Below are positions 19,576 through 29,644 of a DNA stretch of 64,000 bases, one piece after another (position 1 is the first letter of the stretch; the number at the start of each line of letters is the position of its first letter). Under the pieces are notes generated by a model. That model was not told the DNA's origin. It searched no databases and worked only from the letters and a program-made list of their open reading frames with translations. The position numbers and the translations under genes were made by a program. Source of the DNA: Planctomycetota bacterium (GTDB lineage Bacteria > Planctomycetota > GCA-002687715 > DRQF01); assembly GCA_027001995.1 (NCBI GenBank), contig JALTLO010000141.1:41753-105752 (forward strand), written 5' to 3'.

Positions 19576-21207
19576 ATGGTCCCGAATGCAGGAATTACAA
19601 TGAACACCAACCATACACTCCATCCACTGAAGTACCTTAAAGACGACGTCCCGGCGAGCATCGTCGTCTTCTTGGTTGCCATGCCTCTGTGCTTGGGAAT
19701 CGCTTTGGCCTCTGGTGCCCCCCTATTATCTGGGCTCATTAGCGGCATCATCGGTGGTATCATTGTCGGCACTCTGAGCGGCTCACCTTTGGGGGTGAGT
19801 GGGCCTGCGGCAGGGTTGGCTGTCATCGTCCTGACCGCCATTGACAGTCTCGGTGGCTTCGAGATATTCCTCGTCTCTGTGATCATAGCCGGCATCATCC
19901 AGATTCTCATGGGTTTGGCAAAAGCGGGAACAATTGCCTATTTTTTCCCATCATCAGTCATTCATGGCATGTTGGCTGGTATCGGTGTCATCATTTTCCT
20001 GAAGCAAATCCCCCATGCCTTTGGTTATGACAGTGATCCAGAAGGTGATTTCGAGTTTCATCAGATTGACGGCCACAACACTTTTGAAACGATCTCTGAT
20101 GTTTTTAGCCACATAAGCCCGGGAGTGGTGGTCGTTGCGGCCGTCTCCTTGTTCATTTTAATTCTCTGGGGCAGCAAGAAGTTTCAATCCATGAGATTCA
20201 CTAAGCTCATCCAGGGTCCCCTGGTTGCCGTCGTGGTTGGAATCCTTCTCAATCTCGTCTGTCGGTCAATCCCCAGCCTCAGCATCAGCGCAAGTCACTT
20301 GGTGAGCGTTCCCATCTCCAATTCCGCAGATGAATTCTTTGGCCACTTCACCTTCCCCGATTGGAGTGCACTTTCCCAACTGGCGGTCTACGGCACCGCC
20401 ATTGTCATTGCCATCGTAGCCAGCCTTGAAACCCTCCTCTGCGTCGAAGCATCCGACAAGCAGGACAGCCTCAAACGCGTTACCCCGACGAATCGTGAGC
20501 TCCTGGCTCAAGGCGTTGGCAATATCGTCGCTGGTTGTGTTGGCGGCCTCCCTGTGACCCAGGTCATCGTCCGGAGTTCTGCTAACCAGCAATCTGGTGG
20601 CAAGACCAAAGCATCCACCATCATTCATGGTGTTCTCTTGCTGATCAGCGTAGTAGCCATTCCGAAACTGCTCAATCTCATTCCCTTAGGAGTTCTTGCA
20701 GCCATTCTCTTGGTAGTGGGCTACAAGCTCGCGCACCCAAAATTATTCAAGAAAATGTATCACGACGGCGCTGAACAATTCATCCCCTTCGTGGTGACCG
20801 TGGTAGGAATCGTCTTCACCGATCTCTTGATGGGAATCGCCATGGGCATGGTCGTGGCTATTCTGGTCATTTTGAAAAACAATTTTTCTGTCCCCTTCAC
20901 CGAGCACAGGGAGAATTTAGAAGGGGTGCAGAACATCAAGATCGTGCTTTCCGAAGATGTGACTTTCCTCAACAAGGCTTCAATCTTGAAAACACTCGAT
21001 CAGATCCCCGACGGAACTTCCGTTGTGATCGATGCAAGTAACGCGAAATTCATCCATTTTGACGTCATCGAGATTATCGACGACTTTGTCATTGCAGCCA
21101 AGGTTCGACAAATCGATGTCACCATCATCGATCTACACAAAAACAGACGAAGAAATCCAATGCGACACTTCGAACTGGCTACAGATAAGGAGGAAAAGAC
21201 CTCATGA
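19576..21207 (+). CDS. SulP/SLC26 anion (probably bicarbonate) transporter
   Basis: 'VVFLVAMPLCLGIALASG', 'GVSGPAAGL', 'GGLPVTQVIVRSSAN', STAS-like C-terminus; start 19576 or 19600. Confidence 0.92.
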   Translation: MVPNAGITMNTNHTLHPLKYLKDDVPASIVVFLVAMPLCLGIALASGAPLLSGLISGIIGGIIVGTLSGSPLGVSGPAAGLAVIVLTAIDSLGGFEIFLVSVIIAGIIQILMGLAKAGTIAYFFPSSVIHGMLAGIGVIIFLKQIPHAFGYDSDPEGDFEFHQIDGHNTFETISDVFSHISPGVVVVAAVSLFILILWGSKKFQSMRFTKLIQGPLVAVVVGILLNLVCRSIPSLSISASHLVSVPISNSADEFFGHFTFPDWSALSQLAVYGTAIVIAIVASLETLLCVEASDKQDSLKRVTPTNRELLAQGVGNIVAGCVGGLPVTQVIVRSSANQQSGGKTKASTIIHGVLLLISVVAIPKLLNLIPLGVLAAILLVVGYKLAHPKLFKKMYHDGAEQFIPFVVTVVGIVFTDLLMGIAMGMVVAILVILKNNFSVPFTEHRENLEGVQNIKIVLSEDVTFLNKASILKTLDQIPDGTSVVIDASNAKFIHFDVIEIIDDFVIAAKVRQIDVTIIDLHKNRRRNPMRHFELATDKEEKTS

Positions 21208-21815
21208 AAGTTCACACCAAGGTCACTCAAGAAAATCTGACACCAAAACTGGCCCACGAGATCTTACGGAAGGGTAATCTGCGTTTCATACAAAACCTAA
21301 AAGTGCAGAGAAACCTCCAAGAACAAGTCATAGAAACGAGTAGGGGGCAATACCCCTTCGCCATCATTCTCAGTTGCATTGATTCGCGTGTGCCTGCTGA
21401 ACTTGTCTTTGACCAGGGAATCGGAGACATTTTCAGCGTCCGTGTCGCCGGCAATATCGTCAACGAGGACATACTCGGGTCCATGGAATATGCTTGCAAG
21501 GTGGCCGGTTCTAAGATCGTCGTGGTCATGGGACACACACGGTGCGGCGCGGTGACTGCTGCCTGCGACAATCTTCAAATGGGTAACATCACTGCATTAC
21601 TCCGTAAGATTCGACCAGCGATAAAGACCATCGAATTCACCGAGAAAGACCCGACTGACGACGAAATCGAAGAAGTCGCCATTACCAACGTTCAAATGTC
21701 GATCGATCAAATTCGCCAGCAAAGCCCGATTTTGGATGAGATGGAAAAGGACGGAAAGATCGAGATTACTGGTGCGCTCTATTGCGTTACCAACGGCATC
21801 GTTGAGTTTCTTTAG
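21204..21815 (+). CDS. Beta-class carbonic anhydrase
   Basis: 'SCIDSRVP', 'RVAGN', 'GHTRCGAV' zinc ligands; overlaps the SulP stop. Confidence 0.94.
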   Translation: MKVHTKVTQENLTPKLAHEILRKGNLRFIQNLKVQRNLQEQVIETSRGQYPFAIILSCIDSRVPAELVFDQGIGDIFSVRVAGNIVNEDILGSMEYACKVAGSKIVVVMGHTRCGAVTAACDNLQMGNITALLRKIRPAIKTIEFTEKDPTDDEIEEVAITNVQMSIDQIRQQSPILDEMEKDGKIEITGALYCVTNGIVEFL

Positions 21816-21908
21816 TGGGTCCCCGGAAAAGTCAGCGGTTTGCCTCATCAAAGAGGCAAGAATCGGCGATAGACAAACCCTGGCGGCCTCAAGGTGGGGG
21901 CAAGGGGG

Positions 21909-22307
21909 TTAAGTCAAGTTTTCAGATCCGAAACTTCCGGGCAAGAGTTCTTCCAACGTGGTTGTCCGATAGGCACCAGATTCAGATGCCAAGTAGACCT
22001 TAAGCTCCTTGCCGAATTCCACCAAGAATTGCCGGCATGCCCCACACATAGAAGCCCCATCTTTGGTCACAACAGCAAGAGCTGAGAATTTTCGAACCCC
22101 AGCTCCCACAGCAGTCGTCGCCGCATTGCGTTCTGCGCAGATTGTCAGTCCATAGGACGCGTTCTCGACGTTGCAACCTGAAAATACTTGGCCGTCTTTT
22201 CCCAGGAGCGCTGCCCCAACTTGGTAGTGGCTGTAAGGACAGTGAGCATTCAGTCGCACTTTCTTAGCCACATCAATCAATTTCTCGGGAGTCATCATCG
22301 CGCTCAC
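21909..22307 (-). CDS. cdd: Cytidine deaminase
   Basis: 'GCNVENASYGLTICAER', 'CGACRQ'. Confidence 0.95.
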   Translation of the reverse strand: MSAMMTPEKLIDVAKKVRLNAHCPYSHYQVGAALLGKDGQVFSGCNVENASYGLTICAERNAATTAVGAGVRKFSALAVVTKDGASMCGACRQFLVEFGKELKVYLASESGAYRTTTLEELLPGSFGSENLT

Positions 22308-23123
22308 TTAGATCTTGGGCAAAAGGTCCAACAGATAGGAAATCAAGCGAGGGCCAGCGTCCAATCCAGCCTGCACCACTTCTTCGTGATTCAGCGGAGT
22401 AGGACTAATCCCAGCAGCTAGATTCGAAATCAATGAGAAGCCCAAAACACGGACCCCCATGTGCCGGGCCACGATGGCTTCGGGCACCGTTGACATACCA
22501 ACGGCATCGGCTCCTAAGACACGAAGCATCTTAATTTCGGCGGGAGTTTCGTACTGAGGCCCAGGACAAGACGCATAGACCCCGCGGCGCAAGACGTAGT
22601 TCGTTTCCTTGGCCACCGCTTCAGCAGCAGATCGTAGGTCCTGGTCGTAAACCCCAGTCATGTCCGGAAATCGCGGACCCCAAGCCTCAACATTTGGGCC
22701 ATAAAGTGGCGATGCATGATGAAGATTGAGGTGATCTTCGATGAGCATGATCTCGCCAGGACTCCAGGCTGAGTTCAAGCCACCGGCTGCATTCGTCAAG
22801 ATCAAGGTCTCGATGCCACAAAGTGCCATGAGACGAATTGGCAACACCACCTGAGAAAGATCGTAACCTTCATAGGCGTGGATGCGACCCTTCAGAAGCA
22901 AGACTTCGACGCCTGCGATTTGCCCGAGCAAGAAGGTTCCTTCATGCCCCTCCACCGTACTGGGAGGATAGTGTGGCAAAGTCGATGTGGGGATCGCTTG
23001 CGGATTCTCCAGGATCTCCGTGAGGCCCCCAAGACCAGAACCAAGAACAATTCCAATACGGGGCTGCCCACTGAGTTGCCCCTTAAGTGAAGAGGCTGCT
23101 GATTCGATTTCTTCTTTAAGCAT
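22308..23123 (-). CDS. punA: Purine nucleoside phosphorylase (trimeric, PunA/XapA type)
   Basis: 'GIVLGSGLG', 'GRIHAYEG', 'GPQYETPAE', 'GMSTVPE'; start reassigned to ATG 23123. Confidence 0.93.
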   Translation of the reverse strand: MLKEEIESAASSLKGQLSGQPRIGIVLGSGLGGLTEILENPQAIPTSTLPHYPPSTVEGHEGTFLLGQIAGVEVLLLKGRIHAYEGYDLSQVVLPIRLMALCGIETLILTNAAGGLNSAWSPGEIMLIEDHLNLHHASPLYGPNVEAWGPRFPDMTGVYDQDLRSAAEAVAKETNYVLRRGVYASCPGPQYETPAEIKMLRVLGADAVGMSTVPEAIVARHMGVRVLGFSLISNLAAGISPTPLNHEEVVQAGLDAGPRLISYLLDLLPKI

Positions 23124-24607
23124 CAATAGAACATTCCTGCAATAGAAGCAGTCATCCAAGAAGCCAATGCTCCCCCCAACATGGCGCGCATGGCCAAAGA
23201 GATGATCTCTGACCGGCGTTCTGGGGCCAAAGGCGAGATGCCACCGATTTGAATGCCAATAGAGGCAAAATTGGCAAAACCACAAAGAGCATAGGTGGCC
23301 ATAAACAAACTCCTTTTGCTCATGGCACCGGCAGCCCCAGCGACATTTTGCTCAATGGCCCCCTGAAGTTGTTGGTAAGCCAAGAATTCATTGACTCCGA
23401 TCTTCATCCCCAAGAGGGAACCAAATGAAGTGGCATCGGCCCATTCCACCCCCATGAGGAATGCCAAAGGAGCCAGGATATAACCGAAAACCATCTGAAG
23501 AGAGAGATTCTCCGCACCAATGAGATTGCCAATGCCTCCCAAACCATAGTTGATCAAGAACACCATGGCAGTGAAGGCCAAGAGCATGGCAAATACGTTC
23601 ATCCACAGATGCAAACCCTCGCTCGTGCCGGATGCAGCAGCATCAAGCAGATTATCGTGAGCTGGTTTGAATTCGCTATCCATACCAGCGCCGGTGGCGC
23701 TCTTTTCCGTCTCTGGAATGATCACCTTGGAAATAGCAAACGCTGCCGGTGCGGACATAACTGAGGCAATCAAGAGATGGGGAATGTACTCACTCCCTCC
23801 TCCCTCTGACAGCATGGCGATGTACACCGCCAAGACGCTTCCCGCGACAGTGGCGAAACCACCAGTCATCAAGCTCATCAACTCGGATTTTGTCATATCC
23901 GGAACAAATCTTCGAACCACTAAGGGAGCTTCCGTCTGGCCAACGAAGATGTTGGCAGCCATGGCCATGGATTCGGCCCCTGTGACCCCCAAGAGACGAT
24001 TCATGATTTTGGCAAGAAGCAAGATCACGTAATGCATGACTCGCAGGTGATAGAGAACGGACATAAGGCAAGAAAAGAAGATGATTGTTGGCAAAGCCTT
24101 GAAGGCTAAAGCGGGATAATTCTGATCCCCTGTCACCAAACCACCAAAAACAAGAGTCGCACCTTCCGTGGCAAACTCGAGGAGCTTGGTAATAAAAGTG
24201 GAGACTTTGTCAAAGAAATCGTAGCCGATGTCCCACTTAATGAGAAAGAGGCCCATCAAGATTTGCATAGCAACCGCACCCAAAACGAGCTTCCAGGGCA
24301 TCTTCTTGCGGTGCAAACTCATAAGCCAGGCAAGGCCAAGAAGCGTACTCAGGCCCATAAGACCGCGAAACACGGAGACAATGCTCCAGGGTTTCACAGG
24401 AGTGGGCTGATGAGCCGCCTCCGTCGGTATACTTCCGGCCTCAATCGTACTTCCGGTCTCATTTTGGCCAGCTCTTTCTTGACTCCAGACAGGAGGCACC
24501 AAAATGGCTAAAACGAGGGTAATCAGGGCCAATCTGGCCCCCCCTGAAAAACTCTGCATCAGCAATTCCCTTTCCCCTGGTGACAACTCGGGGCGGAATT
24601 CTATCAT
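23123..24607 (-). CDS. nupC: NupC/CNT concentrative nucleoside transporter
   Basis: 'NIFVGQTEAPL', 'GGFATVAGSV', 'ALCGFANFASIGIQIGG'; start 24607 or 24559. Confidence 0.93.
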   Translation of the reverse strand: MIEFRPELSPGERELLMQSFSGGARLALITLVLAILVPPVWSQERAGQNETGSTIEAGSIPTEAAHQPTPVKPWSIVSVFRGLMGLSTLLGLAWLMSLHRKKMPWKLVLGAVAMQILMGLFLIKWDIGYDFFDKVSTFITKLLEFATEGATLVFGGLVTGDQNYPALAFKALPTIIFFSCLMSVLYHLRVMHYVILLLAKIMNRLLGVTGAESMAMAANIFVGQTEAPLVVRRFVPDMTKSELMSLMTGGFATVAGSVLAVYIAMLSEGGGSEYIPHLLIASVMSAPAAFAISKVIIPETEKSATGAGMDSEFKPAHDNLLDAAASGTSEGLHLWMNVFAMLLAFTAMVFLINYGLGGIGNLIGAENLSLQMVFGYILAPLAFLMGVEWADATSFGSLLGMKIGVNEFLAYQQLQGAIEQNVAGAAGAMSKRSLFMATYALCGFANFASIGIQIGGISPLAPERRSEIISLAMRAMLGGALASWMTASIAGMFY

Positions 24608-24658
24608 GAGTGCGCCAGGGATGCCCCGTCCCCCAGGCCAGAAAACAAAGGAAAAGCA

Positions 24659-26047
24659 ATGAACCCGTCGATTTTTAGAGAATACGACATCCGAGGCCTT
24701 GTTGGAAAAGACCTGGATAGCGAAACCGTCCATCTTGTTGGCCAAGCATTTGGGACAAGACTCATCCGATCCGGCAAGAAAGCTGTGGTTCTTGGGCGAG
24801 ACGTCCGAGAATCCTCAACACAATTCGCCCGAGACTTAGCTGCTGGATTGCAATCGACGGGTTTGAACGTCTTTGACACTGGCGTGGTCCCGACACCAGT
24901 TCTCTACTATGCCATTATCAAACACAGCATGGATGGCGGACTCATGATCACGGGATCACACAATCCCGTGGCCTATAACGGCATCAAAATCTGTGAAGGG
25001 ACGTTAGCGATCTACGGTTCGTCAATCCAAGAATTGCTTGCCATGATTGAAGCGAAAGATTTCGTCACCGGAGAAGGCCAACTCAAGAGCCTGGAAGTGT
25101 TGGAGGACTATAAGAACCAACTTCTCGAACGCTTCCAATTCACCAAGAATACCACCGTCGTCGTCGACACGGGTAACGGAGTATCAGGTCCTTTGGTTGT
25201 GGAAGTTTTGGAGCGGGCAGGGCTTTCCGTAAGCGGCCTCTACATTGAACCAGACGGGACTTTCCCCAATCACTTACCCGACCCAGAAGTTCCCAAATAC
25301 ATGGCTGACCTCATGGCCAAAGTCGTCCAAGACAAAGCTGCTGTTGGCTTCGGGTTCGACGGAGACGGCGACCGCTTGGGGGTCATCAATGACCAAGGCA
25401 AGAAAATCAGCGCTGACTGGCTCTTGGCTCTCTTTGCCCGAGATCTCTTGGAACGCCATCCCAAGGGGATTGTGCGTTTCGACGTCAAGTGCAGTGACTA
25501 TTTATTCGAAGACGTCAGGAATCATGGTGGTGAGCCCATCATGGGACGAACCGGCCACTCAATTCTTAAGGCCGACATGAAAGAGCTGGACGCCATCATC
25601 GGCGGCGAGCTGTCAGGGCACATTGTCTATGGCCGCGAATACTTCTTGATCGACGATCCCCTTTATTGCGCTCTGAAAATCATCGAATTGATGGAGAAGC
25701 AAGAGAAGTCATCTTCTGGTCTCTTCGACTCGTTCCCGAAAACATTCAGCACAGCGGAGATCAAAGCTCCAGTGCCAGAAGACAAGAAATTCCAAGTAGT
25801 CAAAGACTTGGTTGATGTGTTCAGAAAAGAGAAAGACGTCATCACCATGGATGGTGGGCGTGTCGTTTACGAAGCCGGATGGGGATTGGTGCGAGCCAGC
25901 AACACCACGGCCAACCTCACCCTTCGGTTCGAAGCACGCTCAGCAAACGTCCTTTGTGAAATCGTTGATGACTTCCTCAAAAAGCTCTCCGCCTTTGACT
26001 TCATTGACCTCGACAACCTGAAGGAGGCTCGTTCCCAATGCGCTTAA
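24659..26047 (+). CDS. Phosphomannomutase/phosphoglucomutase (alpha-D-phosphohexomutase)
   Basis: 'IFREYDIRG', 'TGSHNP', 'FDGDGDR', 'GELSGH', 'RASNT'. Confidence 0.93.
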   Translation: MNPSIFREYDIRGLVGKDLDSETVHLVGQAFGTRLIRSGKKAVVLGRDVRESSTQFARDLAAGLQSTGLNVFDTGVVPTPVLYYAIIKHSMDGGLMITGSHNPVAYNGIKICEGTLAIYGSSIQELLAMIEAKDFVTGEGQLKSLEVLEDYKNQLLERFQFTKNTTVVVDTGNGVSGPLVVEVLERAGLSVSGLYIEPDGTFPNHLPDPEVPKYMADLMAKVVQDKAAVGFGFDGDGDRLGVINDQGKKISADWLLALFARDLLERHPKGIVRFDVKCSDYLFEDVRNHGGEPIMGRTGHSILKADMKELDAIIGGELSGHIVYGREYFLIDDPLYCALKIIELMEKQEKSSSGLFDSFPKTFSTAEIKAPVPEDKKFQVVKDLVDVFRKEKDVITMDGGRVVYEAGWGLVRASNTTANLTLRFEARSANVLCEIVDDFLKKLSAFDFIDLDNLKEARSQCA

Positions 26048-27834
26048 CTCTCTCTTTGATCCTCCTGAGTCTTGTCACGCAAACCCTGAAGGCCCAAGAC
26101 AACCTCATCGCTAACATGGCCAAAATTGAAGCCCGCGTTCTCCCCATGCCACCTTGGCCATGGGCGAAAGTCGATGGCCAAAAAGACGCCGATGTGCTTC
26201 GAAAGCTCCTTCCCCCGCAATCGGAAGAACGTTTTCTTTATGGTTGGAGGAGCCACCCAAGTTTGCACCCCCTATTTCGAAGGGAAGCTTGGGAGATCAT
26301 CGCAAACATCAAGTCTCCTCCTTCACTCAGGCAAGCCGCGGCCTACTTGATCATGCGTACCGCCACCGTCAAAGACCAAGACGCTCTCATTGAACAAATG
26401 AAAAAGGAAGAAGATGATGCCGTTGCAGGGCTTATGGTTCGGGCCATTGGGCGCGTAGGCATTCCTTTCACCTTAGACGCCATTGAAGATCAATTCGACG
26501 CCCGCGGCGACCTTACTTTTCGCACCCGTTGCCTGCGGGCCATTCCGGGAATTTTCTTGGCTGAAGACAAAGGCAACCCAGACGACAGCAAGCAACAAGC
26601 CCGCCGCTTGATCGAAAAGAAGTTTGCCCTCCGTCTCATCCTCAATGCAGTGAAGAGTGGCGAACAAGTCCTCAAACGGAGCGCCTTAGAATCCTTAGAT
26701 CGAATTGCGTCCAAGCTAAACTTGGAAGCGAATGGCAGACAGGGCCTTGCTCTTTTCCTCTACGCTGTGGCCACTGAAGATCCCTCCGACACTGTACGTA
26801 TAGTGGCCATGCAAGCCCTGGCAAAGATCATGCCCACCACCTACGAAACCCTGCTTCCAACCTTACGTCTCCACAAGAATTTCATTCTACGAGCCGGTTA
26901 TGCCAAACCTCTACTGCATGCCTCCTCAATTCCATTCGAAAATGCGAAGATATTCTTGTCAGATCGAGACGCTCGGGTTCGAGCTGCTGCCATCGAAGGT
27001 TTGATTGCCAGTGATCGCAAGGAAAGAAATGAGACCCTCCTCTCTTTGTTGAAGAAAGAAACTGACGAAGTGGCCTTGGCCTTGGCCCTTGACGGTTTAG
27101 CCAAAGGGAGTCCCCCGTCAAAGATGACCGCACCATGGCGGACAAGTTACCTTCGTGCCTATGCCATCATGCCCCCATCTCAGGCCGAGACCAAACAGAG
27201 CGTCTTAAAACTTGCCTTGAAAATCGGAGAAGAGAAAGACATTCAATTCTTGCAAGGCGTCATGACCCACGACCCCGAGTTGGCCATCCGGACAATGGCC
27301 CGTGCCATGTTGATCAAGTCTGGGATGAATGAGAAAGAGATAGCCAAGGTCAAACCCTTGGCCATCGACCTTGAGAAAGCAAAACGTGCTCTGGCAATGA
27401 GAGGCAACAAAGACTTAGAAGTCTACATCCACACGACACAGGGGACCATCACACTAAGTTTGCGGCCTGACAAAGCTCCTTATACTGTCTTGAATTTCAT
27501 CGACCTGGCCAAGTCAGGCTACTACGAAGGTATTCGATTCCACCGCGTGATCCCCGACTTTGTTGCCCAAGCTGGTTGTCCCCGCGGTGATGGTTGGGGA
27601 GGCCCAGGTTACACAATTCGCTGTGAGATCAATGACTTAACATTTGAGAGGGGAACTCTTGGCATGGCTTTGGCTGGACAGGACACGGGGGGCTCTCAGT
27701 GGTTTATTTGTCACAGTCCCACGCCCCACTTAGATGGGCGTTACACCATTTTCGGCAAAATGACCGATGGCTTTGATGTTCTGGATGCACTCACCCAAGA
27801 TGACATCATTGAGAGCGTCAAAGTGGTGGAGTGA
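26038..27834 (+). CDS. HEAT-repeat protein with C-terminal cyclophilin-type PPIase
   Basis: Signal peptide, HEAT-like repeats, 'FHRVIPDFVAQAG', 'GSQWFI..HLDGRYTIFG'. Confidence 0.88.
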   Translation: MRLTLSLILLSLVTQTLKAQDNLIANMAKIEARVLPMPPWPWAKVDGQKDADVLRKLLPPQSEERFLYGWRSHPSLHPLFRREAWEIIANIKSPPSLRQAAAYLIMRTATVKDQDALIEQMKKEEDDAVAGLMVRAIGRVGIPFTLDAIEDQFDARGDLTFRTRCLRAIPGIFLAEDKGNPDDSKQQARRLIEKKFALRLILNAVKSGEQVLKRSALESLDRIASKLNLEANGRQGLALFLYAVATEDPSDTVRIVAMQALAKIMPTTYETLLPTLRLHKNFILRAGYAKPLLHASSIPFENAKIFLSDRDARVRAAAIEGLIASDRKERNETLLSLLKKETDEVALALALDGLAKGSPPSKMTAPWRTSYLRAYAIMPPSQAETKQSVLKLALKIGEEKDIQFLQGVMTHDPELAIRTMARAMLIKSGMNEKEIAKVKPLAIDLEKAKRALAMRGNKDLEVYIHTTQGTITLSLRPDKAPYTVLNFIDLAKSGYYEGIRFHRVIPDFVAQAGCPRGDGWGGPGYTIRCEINDLTFERGTLGMALAGQDTGGSQWFICHSPTPHLDGRYTIFGKMTDGFDVLDALTQDDIIESVKVVE

Positions 27835-27853
27835 TTCCGACCTTCCTCCTCCG

Positions 27854-27888
27854 AGAAGAAGGCCCTCTCAAGTCGGGCCTTCTTCTTT
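27854..27888. terminator. Terminator between convergent genes
   Basis: agaagaaggccc / gggccttcttct inverted repeat. Confidence 0.75.
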
Positions 27889-27895
27889 GGAGAGG

Positions 27896-28819
27896 TTATT
27901 TCTTCTTGGGTAAGGTGAATGCCACCATCGCTGACATACTCACGGTACCGTCGATCACAACGCCAATTTCACCCTGGGGTCCCTTGACTGTGCCATTGCC
28001 TTTGATGGGCCCTTTTACTTCAGCTTTATAAGCCCAAAGATTCTTGATTCCAATGAGGAACTGACCATTGATGTCAGAGGTGACATCAAGTCCCCGAGCC
28101 TTCATACGGCTCATATCTAGCTCAAGCTTGACATCGAAAACGCCGCATTCGACGCCCAGAAAAGTCTTCTTCCCTTTGAGAGTCAAGGTAATTGAAGAGA
28201 AATTTTTGCCGCCGTCGCCAGCTCCGAAGATTTTATTGGCGTCGTCGCTGGAAACCTTGATGGTCTCTCCCATAAGGACTTCACGCTCACCAATGAGAGT
28301 TCCAATCCTCTTGAAAGGATCAACGAGGGTACCCTGCTCAACCTTTGACTTCAGGTCTTTTCGAAGAGCGGACATTTCCTTTTCAGAAATCTCTTCCCCA
28401 TCAACTGTGGTCGCTTTCACCGCTCCGTCCACCAAAGTGACCAGATAGGTCTTTTCCTCCAACGGTGATTGATCCGAACTCTCTCGCTCTTGCCCACCTT
28501 GATTCATCTTGGTGCTGCTAGAATTTTTCTTGTAGGCAATCTTTGCTTGGGTGACTCCTTTTTCGCCCACTGCCAAGACTGTAATCATCTTAATTGACTT
28601 CCCTTTGGAGTCTGCCGTCATGGTTTGAGGAGGCTGTCCGGGCATTGTAACCACTTGGGTTGTCTTGTTGGCTGTTGACCTAGCCACATTCATCACCGTG
28701 CCCTTGGTGACCATGGCCTTGGTGAATTTGATTTTCTCTTGCCCCAAGGCCGGAGAAACCAGCAGCGAAAGAAGCAAGAATGCTGAAGGAAGATGCCGGA
28801 TGCTCATAGGATTCTCCAA
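27896..28819 (-). CDS. Secreted hypothetical protein, paralog of 11539..12492
   Basis: Signal peptide 'SPALG-QE'; shared motifs such as 'LTL..KK..LGV.C..FD.KLE'. Confidence 0.75.
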   Translation of the reverse strand: MENPMSIRHLPSAFLLLSLLVSPALGQEKIKFTKAMVTKGTVMNVARSTANKTTQVVTMPGQPPQTMTADSKGKSIKMITVLAVGEKGVTQAKIAYKKNSSSTKMNQGGQERESSDQSPLEEKTYLVTLVDGAVKATTVDGEEISEKEMSALRKDLKSKVEQGTLVDPFKRIGTLIGEREVLMGETIKVSSDDANKIFGAGDGGKNFSSITLTLKGKKTFLGVECGVFDVKLELDMSRMKARGLDVTSDINGQFLIGIKNLWAYKAEVKGPIKGNGTVKGPQGEIGVVIDGTVSMSAMVAFTLPKKK

Positions 28820-28840
28820 TCGTCGTCGATAGGGTTAGGG

Positions 28841-29638
28841 CTAAAGGTCAGCCTGATAAAGTTCAACAAAGGTTTGAAGCGCAACATCAATGGCCGAATC
28901 TTCAGCTTCAATTTTGCGCGTCGGATCAATAAATTTGTTTGTCCTGCGATTGGCAAAAACAGTGCAAACCGCTCCAGCACGGAAACCCCGCATAGCACAG
29001 AGGGTAAAAAGAGCACTCGTTTCCATTTCCATGTTCTTGACGCCCATTCTTGCCAATTGTTCCGGCAAATCTGGCCAACGAGGCGGAAAACCAAGGCCTT
29101 CCCGACCTTGAGCCCCATAGAACCCAGGAGCAGTAGCGGTGATGCCGATATGGAAGTTCTTCTTCAGTCCTTGAGCAGCGGCCTTCAAAGCTGCCACAAC
29201 TTCGTAATGAGCGACTGCCGGAAAACCCTCATGGACGAAAAACGTTGACGTGTTCTCCAAACGCAGAGAAGCAGTAGAAACAACGAGATCTTCGATATTC
29301 ATGTCAGCCTGCAGACCTCCACAAGTGCCGACGCGAATAAACGTCGGATTCTCGACAAGCTGGCACAATTCGATGACAGCGATCTCTGTGTTGTCCGGGC
29401 CCATGCCAGTCGCCATCACGGTCAAAGGAATCCCTTGAAAAATTCCGCTATGAGTGACGTATTCTCGGTTTCGCACCGTGTGGTTCACTTGATCAAAACG
29501 CTTCGCGATACGCTCTGCTCGGGCCGGATCGCCGCAAGTCAAGATGTAAGGTGTCACCTCTTCAGCCGTTAGTCCAATGTGATATTGGCGGCCATCTTGA
29601 TCTTGAACGACTTCCGCAGATTCAAATCCCTCACTCAT
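28841..29638 (-). CDS. udp: Uridine phosphorylase
   Basis: 'QYHIGL', 'GDPARA', 'RVGTCG', 'FYGAQGR', 'NMEMETS'. Confidence 0.88.
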   Translation of the reverse strand: MSEGFESAEVVQDQDGRQYHIGLTAEEVTPYILTCGDPARAERIAKRFDQVNHTVRNREYVTHSGIFQGIPLTVMATGMGPDNTEIAVIELCQLVENPTFIRVGTCGGLQADMNIEDLVVSTASLRLENTSTFFVHEGFPAVAHYEVVAALKAAAQGLKKNFHIGITATAPGFYGAQGREGLGFPPRWPDLPEQLARMGVKNMEMETSALFTLCAMRGFRAGAVCTVFANRRTNKFIDPTRKIEAEDSAIDVALQTFVELYQADL

Positions 29639-29644
29639 TCTTGC

